From assembly GCF_009914755.1 (NCBI RefSeq), contig NC_060930.1: 64,000 nucleotides of DNA; one strand, 5' to 3'. The notes under the pieces were generated by a model. The model saw only the letters and a list, made by a program, of their open reading frames with translations, searched no databases and was not told the origin of the DNA. The stretch is from the human T2T-CHM13v2.0 reference genome, Homo sapiens. Each line of letters starts with the position of its first letter. The first letter of the stretch is position 1. The position numbers were made by a program, and so were the translations under genes. This document shows, piece after piece, positions 32,166-45,480 of the stretch.

Positions 32166-32226
32166 TTAGCTGTGTTATTAGATGAACGTTAGCTGTGTTA
32201 TTAGATAAATGTTAGCTGTGTTATTA
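32166..32226. repeat. 23-bp tandem repeat (~2.6 copies) at the 3' end of a MIR
   Basis: ttagctgtgttatta occurs three times at 23-bp spacing. Confidence 0.85.
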
Positions 32227-33072
32227 TTTGCTACATCACCTCCCTGCTCCTCTGTGATTTAAAGAGAGCTTATTCTCTAATAGCAAATGAGAGAAAGAGA
32301 GAGGGAGAGATTTGTAAACTAAAAAGGGCATCACAGTTTTATTTCTTTGACTTGTAATGGAAGTTTGGGCCAGCTCTGGCAAGAACGCCACAAGGAGCAG
32401 TGAGTTCTACTCAAAGTGGTGAGGAGTGGTTAGGAAATTTTTTAGAGTAGGAGGAGACCTTTGAACTGAATCTTGAAACCACTTTCTACTCTCACTTTGG
32501 GCTCCTAGCAACCACTGAATAGTGGTAGAGAAAATAAAATAGACATTTTTAGAAAGTGTGTATTTTCCTATGGACTACTAAGCAATGACTGTATTTTTGA
32601 AAAACGTGCTTACAGCTTTAGATTCCAATAATTGCATGTGACAAATCTAAGCACGGTCAGCTTGTGCTTCTCCTGGCTTTGCCTTTTATTAGGTCCTGCA
32701 CGGGCCAGCCACAGTCATTGTACCTCTATCCTATTCTGTAGTCATTTGTGGTTATCAGCAGTCTGATAGAAGACTGTAAGAGCTCACTTATTAAGATCAA
32801 GATAGAACGAGGGCAACACTATTCCTTAGGCCAGAGCAGGGAGGAACAATTTAACTGGGACCTATCTGAGGACATAAGCATATTTTTTAGAAAACTACAC
32901 CAAAAAGGGATAGTTAGGATGGAAACATGGCAAAAATGTGGAGTTCAGGGAAGCAAAATTGTTTACTGTGTTCCCAGCAGCATCCAAGAGAAAGGATACC
33001 TTTTCCTGATAATGCACATGTCTAGTCCCTTTGTCAGGGAATGCAGAGGTTAATTAAGAGTATGAGAAGCCT

Positions 33073-33364
33073 GGCTGGGTGCAGGTGCAGTGGCTCCCAG
33101 CACTTTGGGAGGCCAAGGCAGGAGGCTCACTTCAGGCTAGGAGTTTAAGACCAGCCTAAGCAACATAGGGAGACCACGTCTCTGCAAAAAATAAAAAAAT
33201 TAGCCAGGTATGGTGGCATGTACCTGTAGTCCTACCTACTCTGGAGGCTGAGGTGGGATGATTTTTTGAGGCCAGGAGTTCAAGGTTACAGTGAGCCATG
33301 ACAGCACCACTGCACTCCAGCCTGGGCAACAGAGTGAGACCCTATCTCTAAAAAGAAAAAAAAA
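33073..33364 (+). mobile_element. AluJ, followed by MIR sequence
   Basis: Alu consensus; downstream ctgggttcaaatcccagc...tttcctcatctgtaaa MIR core. Confidence 0.88.
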
Positions 33365-35611
33365 GTCTGCGAAACCAGACTCACTGGGTTCAAATCCCAG
33401 CCCCATCATTTCATAGCTTTAGAACATTGGGTAAGTTATTATATCTCCATTTGCCTCACTTTCCTCATCTGTAAATTGGGAATCGCAGTAATACTCACCT
33501 CAGTAGAGTAGATGTGAGGGTTCAGTGAAGGCATATGAGTTGTTCAGTGCCTGGGACAGAGAACATGTTGGATAAATCATGGCTAGTATTTCTCTTTGCT
33601 CAGCATTGTCTGCTCACATTTTCTTTCTCTTTCGTCTGTCCCTGAATCCCAGCACATTTCACACACAGGCCCACTCCACTTTGACATTCCTGACTTTAAC
33701 TTTGGTTATTTCATGGGGCTAAAGCTGAGACTCAGACAGCTGGTGTTCAGCAGAATCACCAGCTGGAGCTCCTCAGACTGCATAGGACAAGCAAATCTGA
33801 TAATGGTCACAAGATATTGGGGGACTTCCTAACTGCCATGAAATGGACAGGAGCCTTACACAGGTGCTGAGCCATATCCCCTGATTTAAACTGGACTGGA
33901 AATCTCTTGAAATGACCTTGAATCCTGCCTGCAATTGAGACTCAGGGACATAGAAACAGATATGAAGGATGGCAGAGAGGACAGTTGGCCTCTGGAAGAA
34001 AGCCACTGTGGGAGTGAAGTGTGGCAGAGCGACCCATTCTGGGCAGCAGCACCAGGCATTAGTGAGGGCCAGTGGTTCTGGTAAAGTGTGAAGTTGAGCT
34101 TGGCTTTCCATCGATTGTACTTTTGTTCCCATCCTAAGTGTCTGTGCACTTAGTAAGGGCAAGTGTAGATAACATGTCCTATTTGTGGTCTAAAACCTTT
34201 CAATGCATTTTGACACTTCCAGTCATTGTGATGATTCCTTAAGTTCTGCTTGCTCAAGGGAGAATTAAACAAACACTATATTTCCCAGACCCCCCTTATA
34301 TCTTGGGTGTGGACAAGTGCCTACATTTCTTCAAACACACATGGCAAGACTTCAGTTGGAAGGGAGTTTGTGCAGCTGCATTCTGGTGGTGCGGGCGTAG
34401 TGGCTGAGATCACCACATCCACATTGCATTCATCCTCCTCCACTTAGGCCACTTTCACCCTGTTTTCAAGGGAGACAGCCACACAAGGCTCCTCATGCTC
34501 TCACAATTTACACTCTAAAAAGATGTGTTAACGGAATGTGCTGGATCTTTAGCTGGGAAAGTTGAAATACTAGAGGTGGGGCTGGGGAGAACTGGGCTCT
34601 AAAGTTGGCCTTTGAGGCAGGTAGGAAATTTTCCAGAAGGTGGGAAAACAATCTCTGACCAAGCAGCATCTCTATCCCAGGGTCCTCAACTGACATACTA
34701 TCAGGTGGGTGGTAGTGCTGTGGCATGGGCTGTGAGTGGTGGTGAGTGGAGGGAGTCTGCTCTCTTGTTTGATACAGTTGTTCAGAAGAAGTCAGGGGCT
34801 GTCATATATATATGGGGTGGGGCGGTGGGGCAGAGAGAGAGAGAGAGAGAGAGATAAAGATAAGGCAGGGTTTCAGAACCCCTGCCAGGTGGCTGGTTTG
34901 CTGGGCAGTGCTCCAGTTCTGGTGAGAAATTAGAGTGCTAATAAAGCTGAGCAGACTAAAGTTCTAAGGATCGGGACCCTTACCATGGAAATTCCAGAGA
35001 GGCTGAGGCTCTGCAAACACAGCAATGCTAGAGTGGGGCAAAGGAGAGACCACACGTAGGGCATCATGTCTATATTCTGAGCCACCATCCAGCGGGAACA
35101 GGGCTTAAAGCCATTAGATGAGACTGCCATTGGGTCAGGTATAAGACTGGTTCAAATGGGTAAACATGCTTTAGTCCTGATTCGCACAGCTCCACTTTTG
35201 TGTGCCTGTTTTGTCCCTTCCTCATCTTAAGGCTGACTTCCCCCGTGGTCACAAGGTAAATTGCAGAAGCCACAGAGCCAAGATGCTCCTCCTTCTCACT
35301 CAGAGGGAGACAGGACATTTGCTACAAATTTCAAACAGACTATCTCTGACCAGTTTCCTTGGGCAGGGAATTAGGGGCAGTAATGGCTTAGGTCTGGATC
35401 ACCAATGTGGTCCCCCCTGGAGTGAGGGGTGAGGTCCGCTCCACCCAAACCCCATGACCGCTATGCAGTTGGGGAGGGCTGGAATGGATGTTTTAAGAGA
35501 CAACCCTATGTTCAAGAGGAATCTTCAAACTCTCCTAGGCTTGGTCAGAAATCACTAGCAGCATAGTCCATTAAATCACCAACTAAACTTTTGAAACGTT
35601 GCACGTGATGG

Positions 35612-35810
35612 CATAAGTCGGGATTCTCCAGAGAAACAGAGCCAATAGGATGTGTATCTGCAGAGAGAAAGATTTATTTTAAGGAACTGGCCTACATGAT
35701 TATGGAGGCTGGTAAGTCCAAAAGCTGTAGAGTGGGCCACCAGGCAGAGACCAGAGAGCAGCTGATGTTGCAGTTCGAGTCTCAAGGCTGTCTGCTGGCA
35801 GAATTTCTTC
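35612..35810 (-). mobile_element. MLT2-family LTR fragment
   Basis: ttctccagagaaacagagccaatagga...gatttattttaaggaactggc...gattatggaggctggtaagtcc. Confidence 0.75.
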
Positions 35811-36829
35811 TGTCGTATTGCAGTTTTAGGGCACTTGCTTCTGAGTGGGGCACCTGTCTCTGAGAAGGAAGTAAGGACTCTCGTAGTACCAAGTTCCAAG
35901 AGACAGGCCTGGTAGCACAAAAGAAGGTCTGACTACCTAGCCACATGGTTGAACTTGCTTCCAACTGCCTCTGAGTGACAAAACTTCCAGAAAAAGGAAC
36001 AATAGTTGGAATCTGCTTCAGTAAGAAAAAAAATGGTGTCCAGTATAGTTTTCATATACACTCTAGGCTTGGTGCCTTAGGAAGATAGGGCATCTGAGAT
36101 AGAAGAGAAGTTAGGGAGGTGAATTGAGCCCCGAACCTGCCTTGCAGGACACAAGCAGTGTTTCTGACTGGGTGAGGGCAAAGAGAAAGCTCCCCCATTC
36201 CTGAAGCTATGCCCAACCTCATGAGAAACAGATTCTTTGTTTATCTTTCATTGTTGGCTTAAAATTATCAGCTACTGAGTAGTTTTGTTATTAAATGGTT
36301 ATTGCGATGATGATTGTATTAAATTTCTGTTATTTTTATGTTTCTTTTAGGAAAATGGAATGAAATTATAGAAACAATACTTTTAGATAGTAGAAATTGA
36401 TCCCATTTTCACTGTCAAAAATAAAATTGAGAGGTTTTGAATTAGAACTTAGAGGTTTAAATAGCTGTAGCAATGAGCTTCCTTTTTAGAAGGTGTTAAG
36501 TTCTAATCATTGCCTCATTATCACTTCAAAAGATTTGCTTTTTCAGCTCTGTGGTTAGAAGTGTGTTAATGTCTCAGCAGTGAAGACGAGTTAGGGATTT
36601 TGTGGTTTTTTAGCTAGAACACTCACGGTGAACATTGCTTTTAGTTCCAATTCATGTGAGCGGACTCTTCTCTAAGTGGAAGATTTTGGAACATGAAATG
36701 GACTGGACATACAATCGATTTTTAAGAGTCAAAGATTTTGATTTAAAAATCAGTAAATCTGGTCCAGTTTGTAGGTTATGAAATGAGATAGACTAAAACA
36801 TCTAAAGGTGTTTTAAGAGTCTAGGCTTT

Positions 36830-37158
36830 CCTTGTCCACGATGATGACCACTAGCTACATGTGTCTTCTGAGCACTTGAGATGTGGCTAGCCCTCACGGT
36901 GTTGAACTGTAAGTGTTGAATACATACTGGCTCTGGAAGATGTATGTACAAAAGATGAAAATAAAACATTTCATTAATGTTTAAAAAATATCAATTATAC
37001 ATTGAATGATCATAATTTGAATATATTGAGTTAAATAAAATATATGACCAAAATTATTTTCACCTATTTCTTTATACCTTTTATACTTATTTAAAGGGGC
37101 TAATAGAAAATGTAAAATGATATATGTGATTTGCATTAAAATCTGCTGGACTAGCACA
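36830..37158. mobile_element. MER33-like hAT element
   Basis: ccactagctacatgtg...gagcacttgagatgtggctag...ttaaataaaatat...ttttcacctatttc. Confidence 0.7.
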
Positions 37159-37776
37159 TAATGTCCTTCATGTTTGTCGTTTTGTCCTCATATCTGTGGT
37201 CACTGTGTTGGCCTTGGGCACTTCTGCTTGGTCACTGCAACAGCCTGCCATCTGATCCTCGTTCATTCTCAGCTCAGCTCCATTGCCTGTTCTTTTTGGC
37301 CAAGTCTTCCTCAGTCGGCAGGTCACTGCAGTGCCTCACCCTGACAGTGACTGCACCAGGAAGTGCTAGGTTCTAGGTCCTCCGTCTAGCCCTCCTTTGC
37401 AACACTATGAGGCTTTTAAATTGTAAATTATTTTAGTCCAAAATTGAAATTTGTTGGAAGGAGGTGGGGGCAGAGATAAGTGGAATCTTACCGTATGCAC
37501 TTTTTTGTGTCTAGATTCTTTTGCTAAACAGCCATGCTTTTTAAAAGTATTTTTGATGTTGTTTTTAATTCATTTGCATTTCAATTTATATCAGGGACTC
37601 CAAAGGTTGGGCCTTGGGAAAGGAAGCAGGAACTAGAGCACCATGGGCTACGGAGCAATTGTTTTATTGTTTTTCTGTTGCCATGTCCATGATTAAAGAA
37701 GCCACTGTACAGCTTCTGATTTTTACCCATGAATCAGTTTCTGCTACATGTAGAGAGTGACAGTTGTCACAGCCTG

Positions 37777-38079
37777 ATTTTATTTTATTTTATTTTATTT
37801 ATTTTGTGATCTCACTCTGTTGCCCAGGCTGGCGTGCAGTGGTGCAATCTTGGCTCACTTCAACCTCCACCTCCTGGCTTCAAGCGATCCTCCACCACTG
37901 CTTCCCTAGTAGCTGGAACTACAGGCATGCGCCACCACACCCAGCTAATTTTTCTATTTTTTGTAGAACTGGGGTTTCATCATATTGCCTGGGCTGGTCT
38001 CAAACCCTGAGATCAAGCCATCCGCCTGCCTTGCCCTCCCAAAGTGCTGGGATTACAGGCGTGAGCCACCGTGCTGGGC
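37777..38079 (-). mobile_element. AluJ with (TTTTA)n tail
   Basis: Reverse Alu consensus. Confidence 0.88.
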
Positions 38080-40099
38080 AAAAGGTTTGGAGACAGCCTG
38101 ATTTTAAATCAAAGGCATTCAGCTTGGGAGCCCTGGTCTAGGAACTGTATCTAATTTTTCTGTTCATCTTTCACACTGCAGCTGATCTGAGCCTGTGGAC
38201 TACCTATCAGTACTGACTCCTGATGTAATAATAGTAACAGGAACTCATCACTGTGTGCTGTACAATGTAGGGAGTACTTTTAAACAACCATTGTATTATT
38301 GGATTCCCACAAGTGTAAGCAGTAGGCAGCACACCAATGTTATTTATTATCATTTTGTAGATGTGGTCACAGAGAGGCAGACCAACTAACTGATCTTCCC
38401 AAAGTCCCAAGCCAGGTGACTCAGTTGGCCTGTCCTGCAGGCAGGATTCGGCCAGGTCTCTGAGTCTCCTTCTACTGGTGCACATTTCCTGTTAGTATTT
38501 TCCTCAGGGAAATCCCTTTGGCTCTGACTCCTGAAAAGAAAGCTTGTCTTCTAAAGTTGCCAAATAATCTGGTCTGCCTTCAATTGAAGGGACTTTGAAT
38601 CGTGGGAAGAGGAAAGGGGAGAGCTGTGCTAAAAAGATGAGTCATTGCTTCAAGATTGAGGAAGCAAGGTTTTATATCTCGGGGACTTTTCAGGAGGAGG
38701 ATCAGTGTTTCTTGATGGTGAAAACAAGGAAGTGGAGGAAGGGAAGAAAGCACACCCAAGTATTTATTTTCCCTTCTGTCTTTGAATGCACATTCTTCCT
38801 ATTATATTTTCTATTTGCCACATCTCTTACTCATTTTAACAACTTTTTGTTAAGAATACCTATTGGTTAAAAATTATTTTTTATTTCTTAACATTGCAGT
38901 TTGCTTTCTATACTATGTCCTTAATTGACTACCTCTGTATAAGTAGCTGGTACACATGTATTTTTTTTCAGGAATCCTTTCTTACTTATATTCAGATGTG
39001 GCTTAATTGGACAAACCCCACTGAGGTTCATCACTTTTCTTTTCCTTTTCTGCTTGACTGTCCTCTTTCTCCTCCAGCCATCCATCCACCTGCGAGAAAG
39101 GGCTATAAAAGGCGTCCTTACTTCCTTAAGAGGAAGGAAATGGCAGTGAGTTTTTTCACCAGTAGAAACATGTAGATGAGTCATATTTATAGCCTTTTTT
39201 TTTTTTGTCACCCACGCTGGAGTGCAGTGGCGCACTCTCTGTAGCCTAATTCTTTAATGCATACACCTGTTTAGTAGGCATTTCATTGCCAACCTTTCAA
39301 TGCTCTTATGGGTATTTAGTATGATCTGTGAGAATCTGGAGGACTGGTTAGTATATTAAGTCCTGAACTTTTTAAAAGAAACTTGGTTGCTTGTTCTGTT
39401 GGTATGAATTAAGTTCTCAACCAAGAAAATAGATTAATTAATTGGGCAATGTTAGTTGTGGGCATAGTTTTAGGAAGACTTCTAGGATCTTTAAAATATC
39501 CACTTCTGCCTCTTTCTGGGATGAGAACTATAATACTTTTTCTTAAAATCACTTTGAGCAAATTATAATATACATACAGAAAAGTGCACATACGTGAATA
39601 TAATTATTCATTTTCAAAAACTGAGAATATCTAAGTAACCAGCAGCTCCCAGTCCTCTTTATACTCCCTGCTATTCTTTTCTCTTTAGCCTACAGGGAAC
39701 CCTTGTCCTCACTTCTAATAGCAGAGCTTGGTTTTTCCTGTTTTGTACCTTATATAAGTGGAATCTTACTTTAGGTAGTCTGGTGTCTAGATTCTTTTGC
39801 TGAACATCAATTTTTTTAAAGTACGTTTTAATACTGTTTTCAATTTATTCTCATGTGCAAAGCCTTGGACGTACAGGGAAGTGTGAGAAAAAACCTGAAA
39901 ACCAGTAAGCATAATCTCATCACCTATAGAGACCTACTATTATAATTTTTGGCTATTTTTTTGGAATACTTTTTATATGAAATGTTTAAAAATTTTACAT
40001 AGCTAAGTATGCTGTGTATTTAACTTTGAATTCTGTCTTATTTTGGCTTAATATTATATTTTAGCATCTATTTTTAAAAAAATTATTATTACTGTTACT

Positions 40100-40390
40100 A
40101 TTTTTAGTGACGGATCTGCCTCTGTCACCCAGACTGGAGTGCGGTGGTGCAATCATAGCTCACTGCAGCCTCGAACTCCTGTGCTCAACCAATCCTCTGC
40201 CTCAGCCTCCCAAGTACCTGGGACTACAGACATGTACCCCCATGCCCAGTTGAATTTTAAAACTCTTTTTAGAGATGAAGTCTCCCTATTTTGTGCAGCC
40301 TGGTCTTGAACTCCTGGGCTCAAATGATCCTCTTGCCTCAGCCTCCTGAGTAGTTGGGATTACAGACCATGAGCCAACATGCTTAACTCA
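40100..40390 (-). mobile_element. AluJ
   Basis: Reverse Alu consensus, diverged. Confidence 0.85.
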
Positions 40391-40743
40391 GCATTTTATT
40401 TTTCATTAAAGACTTCATAAACATTTTAAAAGGCTGAATATTGTCATTTTATAAATGAACCATCATGTACTTACCTATTCCCTTTAGGGTGAATATTTAG
40501 ATGGTTTCCAAATTGTTGCCGAACAAGTAATGCAGTGGTTGACATTTTAATACAGAAATATTTTGTTTGCTTCCCTCTTTCCCTCCGCCACTTCTTTCCT
40601 TCAATTTTTCTTTTTCTTTCTCTATTTTCTATCTTCCTTCCTTACTGTAAATACTTTTCATGTGCCAGTTACTGTTATAGGTACTAGGGAGAAAGCAGTG
40701 AGTAAACCAAAGTACTTGCCCTCATTTGCTTTCATGATTCTAA

Positions 40744-41058
<315 letters not shown>

Positions 41059-41069
41059 ACTACTTTTGA

Positions 41070-41790
41070 AAATCAGATTTATTGAGGTATTATTTATATT
41101 TGCATGCAGTCAAAAGCATCACTTTCAACATACATTTTATGGCATTGACAACCTATACAGTCATCTAAGTACAACCACAATCAAGTTAATTCACAAAAAG
41201 TTCCCTTAGGTCCCTTTGCAGTCACCTACCTCCACCCACCACCTAGTAAACGCTTATCTGTTTTCCATCTGTACAGATTAGCCTTTTCCTGAATGCCATA
41301 GAAATGGAATCATTCAGGACTTAGCCTTTTGTCTCCGTCCCCTTCCCTTGGGATACTGCTTTTGAGATGCATCTGTGTTGTTGCGTGCATCAACACTTAG
41401 TTCTTTTTTATTCTAGAGCAGGCTTCCATTTTATGGATGTACAACATTTTGAAAAGATCGATCTGTTCACCAGTTGGTGGTCATTTGGGTTGTTTCCAGT
41501 TGTTGGTGATTATGAATAAAGCTGCTGTAAACATTCACTTTTAGACTTTTCTGTATGTGGACACATGTTTTAGTTTATGTGGACCAAATACCTAGGGGTG
41601 GGACTGCTGGGTCATGTGCCACGAATTTGTTTAACTTTATAAGAAACTGCCAAACTATTTTCCAAAGTGGCTAAACCATTTTGAATTCCTGCCAGCAGTA
41701 AATGAGAATTCCACTTGCTCTGTGCCCTTGTAGTAAAATATTTTCAGGTTTTTAAAAGTTTTACTTTTTTCTAATAGGTATATGAGCTTA
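41070..41790 (-). mobile_element. Old L1M fragment
   Basis: aaatggaatcat...ttatgaataaagctgctgtaaacatt...aagaaactgccaaactattttccaaagtgg. Confidence 0.8.
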
Positions 41791-42399
41791 TATTTTATTG
41801 GAAAGCATCTGTCCTTTGCCCAACTTAATCAGTGTTGATATATTTCAATCTCTCACACTTCCTTATAGATTAACAGAGACTGGATCAGTCCCCTCAAATT
41901 CTGATGATTAGAAGGGGCCTCTTGGAATTCCTGAGTGGCAATTCTAACTGTGGGTTCTTTGGAGTTCAGGCAGACCTTTGGGGTTGACAAGTATTAGGAG
42001 TGTGCTGTATATCAGGAGGGCATGTTTGTGCACTGGGGTGGGGAAGTGGGTGAGGGAAGCCTGCCATTGGTATGTTTCTTTTAAGAGCAGAAGAACCTGG
42101 GAAATTCCCAAGGAAAGCTTTGTTCCCAGATGACTAAGCAAGATGGGCTGCTGGTGAGCTTAAACTAGGAGACAGCCTGGGGCAGTACTCAGGAATCCAG
42201 TCCTGAAATAACAGGGGCCTGAACTAGATTGTAATGTTGGTAAAGGCTGGGTGTGATAAAATAAAAAAAAATGTATAAAGAGGGTGGAAATGATAAAAGG
42301 ATTATCAAAATTAGTAGCTGAATATTATTGACATGAGGGTAAATAAGGAGTTGACATGCTTGAAGTTTCACATTTAGACAATAAGGAGAAGGATCCCAA

Positions 42400-43600
42400 C
42401 AGTACAGTGAAACATTTTTCAAGTCCCTGTCTTGCTAAATCCAATGGTCATGCACTTCCCCAGCTGCATTTTACTTGACCTATCAGCATATTGACATAGG
42501 CTAACTGACACACAAGAAGGTCCCTTCTTCTTTCCTCTCTGAATCTTAGGGTACTGTTATACTTCCTCTTGATTCCTTTGTTTTACTGGCTGCTCTTTCT
42601 CATTCTCCTTTGCTGATTCCTCCTTATTCTCCTTTGCTGGTTCCTCCTCATCTTCTCCACATCCGAATATTTAAATCTCTAGCCCAAACCTTTTTCTTAG
42701 ACCCCAGACTTGCATATTTACCTAGCTACTCAACACTTCCCCTTGAGTGTCTAATAAACATCTCAAACTTCAACATATCCACGACCAAACTCTGGATCTC
42801 CATAACCCCAAGCCTGCTTCTTTCAGTCTTCCTCTCTTCTTCCAAATGCTCAGGCGCAAAACCTTGAGATCACCTTTGATGTCCCTCTTTCTTTTCTGCC
42901 CCACATTATCTCCATCAGCGTATGTTTCTGGCTTCACCTACAAAATATGCCTGGAATCTGACCATTTCTTTCCAATTCTACTGCACCGTAGTGGACCAAA
43001 TCATCATTATCTCCTAACTGGATTCTTGCTGAAACTCTCTGTTTTTACTCTTGTCCTCTTAGATCCATCCTAATGGCAGGAGCCAGAGTAATTTAAAAGA
43101 AAAAACACTCTAAGCTCATCATTCTGCTGTTCAGAATCCTTCAATGGTTTCTTATCTTATTCAGAGTTAAAGTCCTTACAATAGTCAATGGCTAAAGGAT
43201 TCTCCAGCAATTGACTTCTTGCTACTGCTCTAACCCAGGACTGGCTACATAATTTGCATTTCCTAGTACCAAATGAAATGTGGGGCTTCTTATTAAAAAT
43301 ATTATGAAGTAATTCAAGGTGCTGATGACAGAGCATTAAACAAAGTGCAGTGCCCTTCTATGCCCATGGCCTTCTGTGACTGCACATCTGCACAGCTAGC
43401 CTTGCTCACACCTCGTCTTGTGCCACTTTTTCTTTTGCTTTCTCTGCTCCATTTATAAGGCCTTTTGTAGGTTTCTTGAACATACCAGTCAGGCTCCAAC
43501 CTCACATTCTGTTCCTCTGCTTGAATTGCTTTTACCTAGATATGCGTGCAATTCATTTCCTGGTTTCCACCAGGAGTCTGCTTAAATATCCGTTGATAAA
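42400..43600. mobile_element. L2 fragments
   Basis: ttgctaaatccaatggtca...gtctaataaacatctcaaacttcaacatatcc L2 motifs. Confidence 0.7.
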
Positions 43601-43837
43601 CAGGGACATTGGGAAGGAGCTGTTTGGGGCATAATAGATAATATAATGACATTTAGGCCTATTTGTAGACTCATGGAATTGTACAGGGTAGATCAGAGAG
43701 CATTTAAATGTACTTATTTCTAGGATTAAAAAATCTGACGACAAAATAAATTAAATGCCTACCTAAACTTATATACTACCTGTTATGAATTGAGAGCATG
43801 GTATTCAAAATAAAAATTCTCAGAAGTTAAGGATATA

Positions 43838-44102
43838 TGGCTCATGCCTGTAATCACAGCACTTTAGGAGGCCAAGGCAGGCATATCACTTGAGCTCAGG
43901 AGTTCGAGACCAGCCTGGGCAACATGGTGAAACCCCATCTCTACAAAAAATAGCTGGGCATGGGCCTGTAGTTCCAGCTATTTTGGAGGCTGAGATGAGA
44001 GGATCACTTGAGCTCAGGAGGCAGAGGCTGCAGCAGTGAGCTGAGATCGTGCCACTGCACCCTAGCCTAGGCGACAGAGCGAGACCTCAAAAGAAAAAAA
44101 AA
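43838..44102 (+). mobile_element. AluJ, 5'-truncated
   Basis: Alu consensus; degenerate TSD agaa(g/a)ttaaggata on both sides. Confidence 0.85.
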
Positions 44103-44810
44103 GAGAGAGGAAGAAATTAAGGATACATGATGCATACATGGAGGAGTAGTGTAGGATGTGTCAAACAGCACCAGTCATAAAGTCTTACAGGTAGGCAATG
44201 TTCTAATTCTAACATACTCATTTTGGGGAAGTGTTTTTAAAAGCAATAGGTAAAATAAATGAAAGAATATATATAGAAAAGAGCAAAGGCCTTCAAGCCT
44301 CTTCTTTTGGAAATATCCATAGCTATAGGGAAAGACAATTTGCTAAAAAAAAAAAAAAAATAGAGCTTTAATTCTGGAGTCAGACAGCCATGGTTTTGAA
44401 TTTTGGCTTATTCATTTATAAGCCATGAAACTGATTCTCTATGCCTTATTTTCCTCACTTGTAAAAGGTGGATGATAATAATAATAATTTTTCCACAGGA
44501 TTTTGGGAAGAATGAATGAGCTAACCCATGTAATGCAGTATAGCAGCTTGCACATAAATAAATGGTATTTCATATTTTGATAACTTACAGGAAGAGATAT
44601 TCCATACCATAAAATACATCAAGCTGCATTTAAAAAATTGTCCCTTTTTCCATAGTCCTAACTTTGAATGTAACATTTTTAGTTGTTGCTTTATAAAGAC
44701 ATGGATGTTTATGCTGTAATTGTTTGTGGTTTGGTTGAGGGGAAGTTACACCATGTGCTTTATTTTATGCTGACATTACAAGAAAGTTTCTCTGTTGTTC
44801 CAAGGAACGC

Positions 44811-45480
<670 letters not shown>

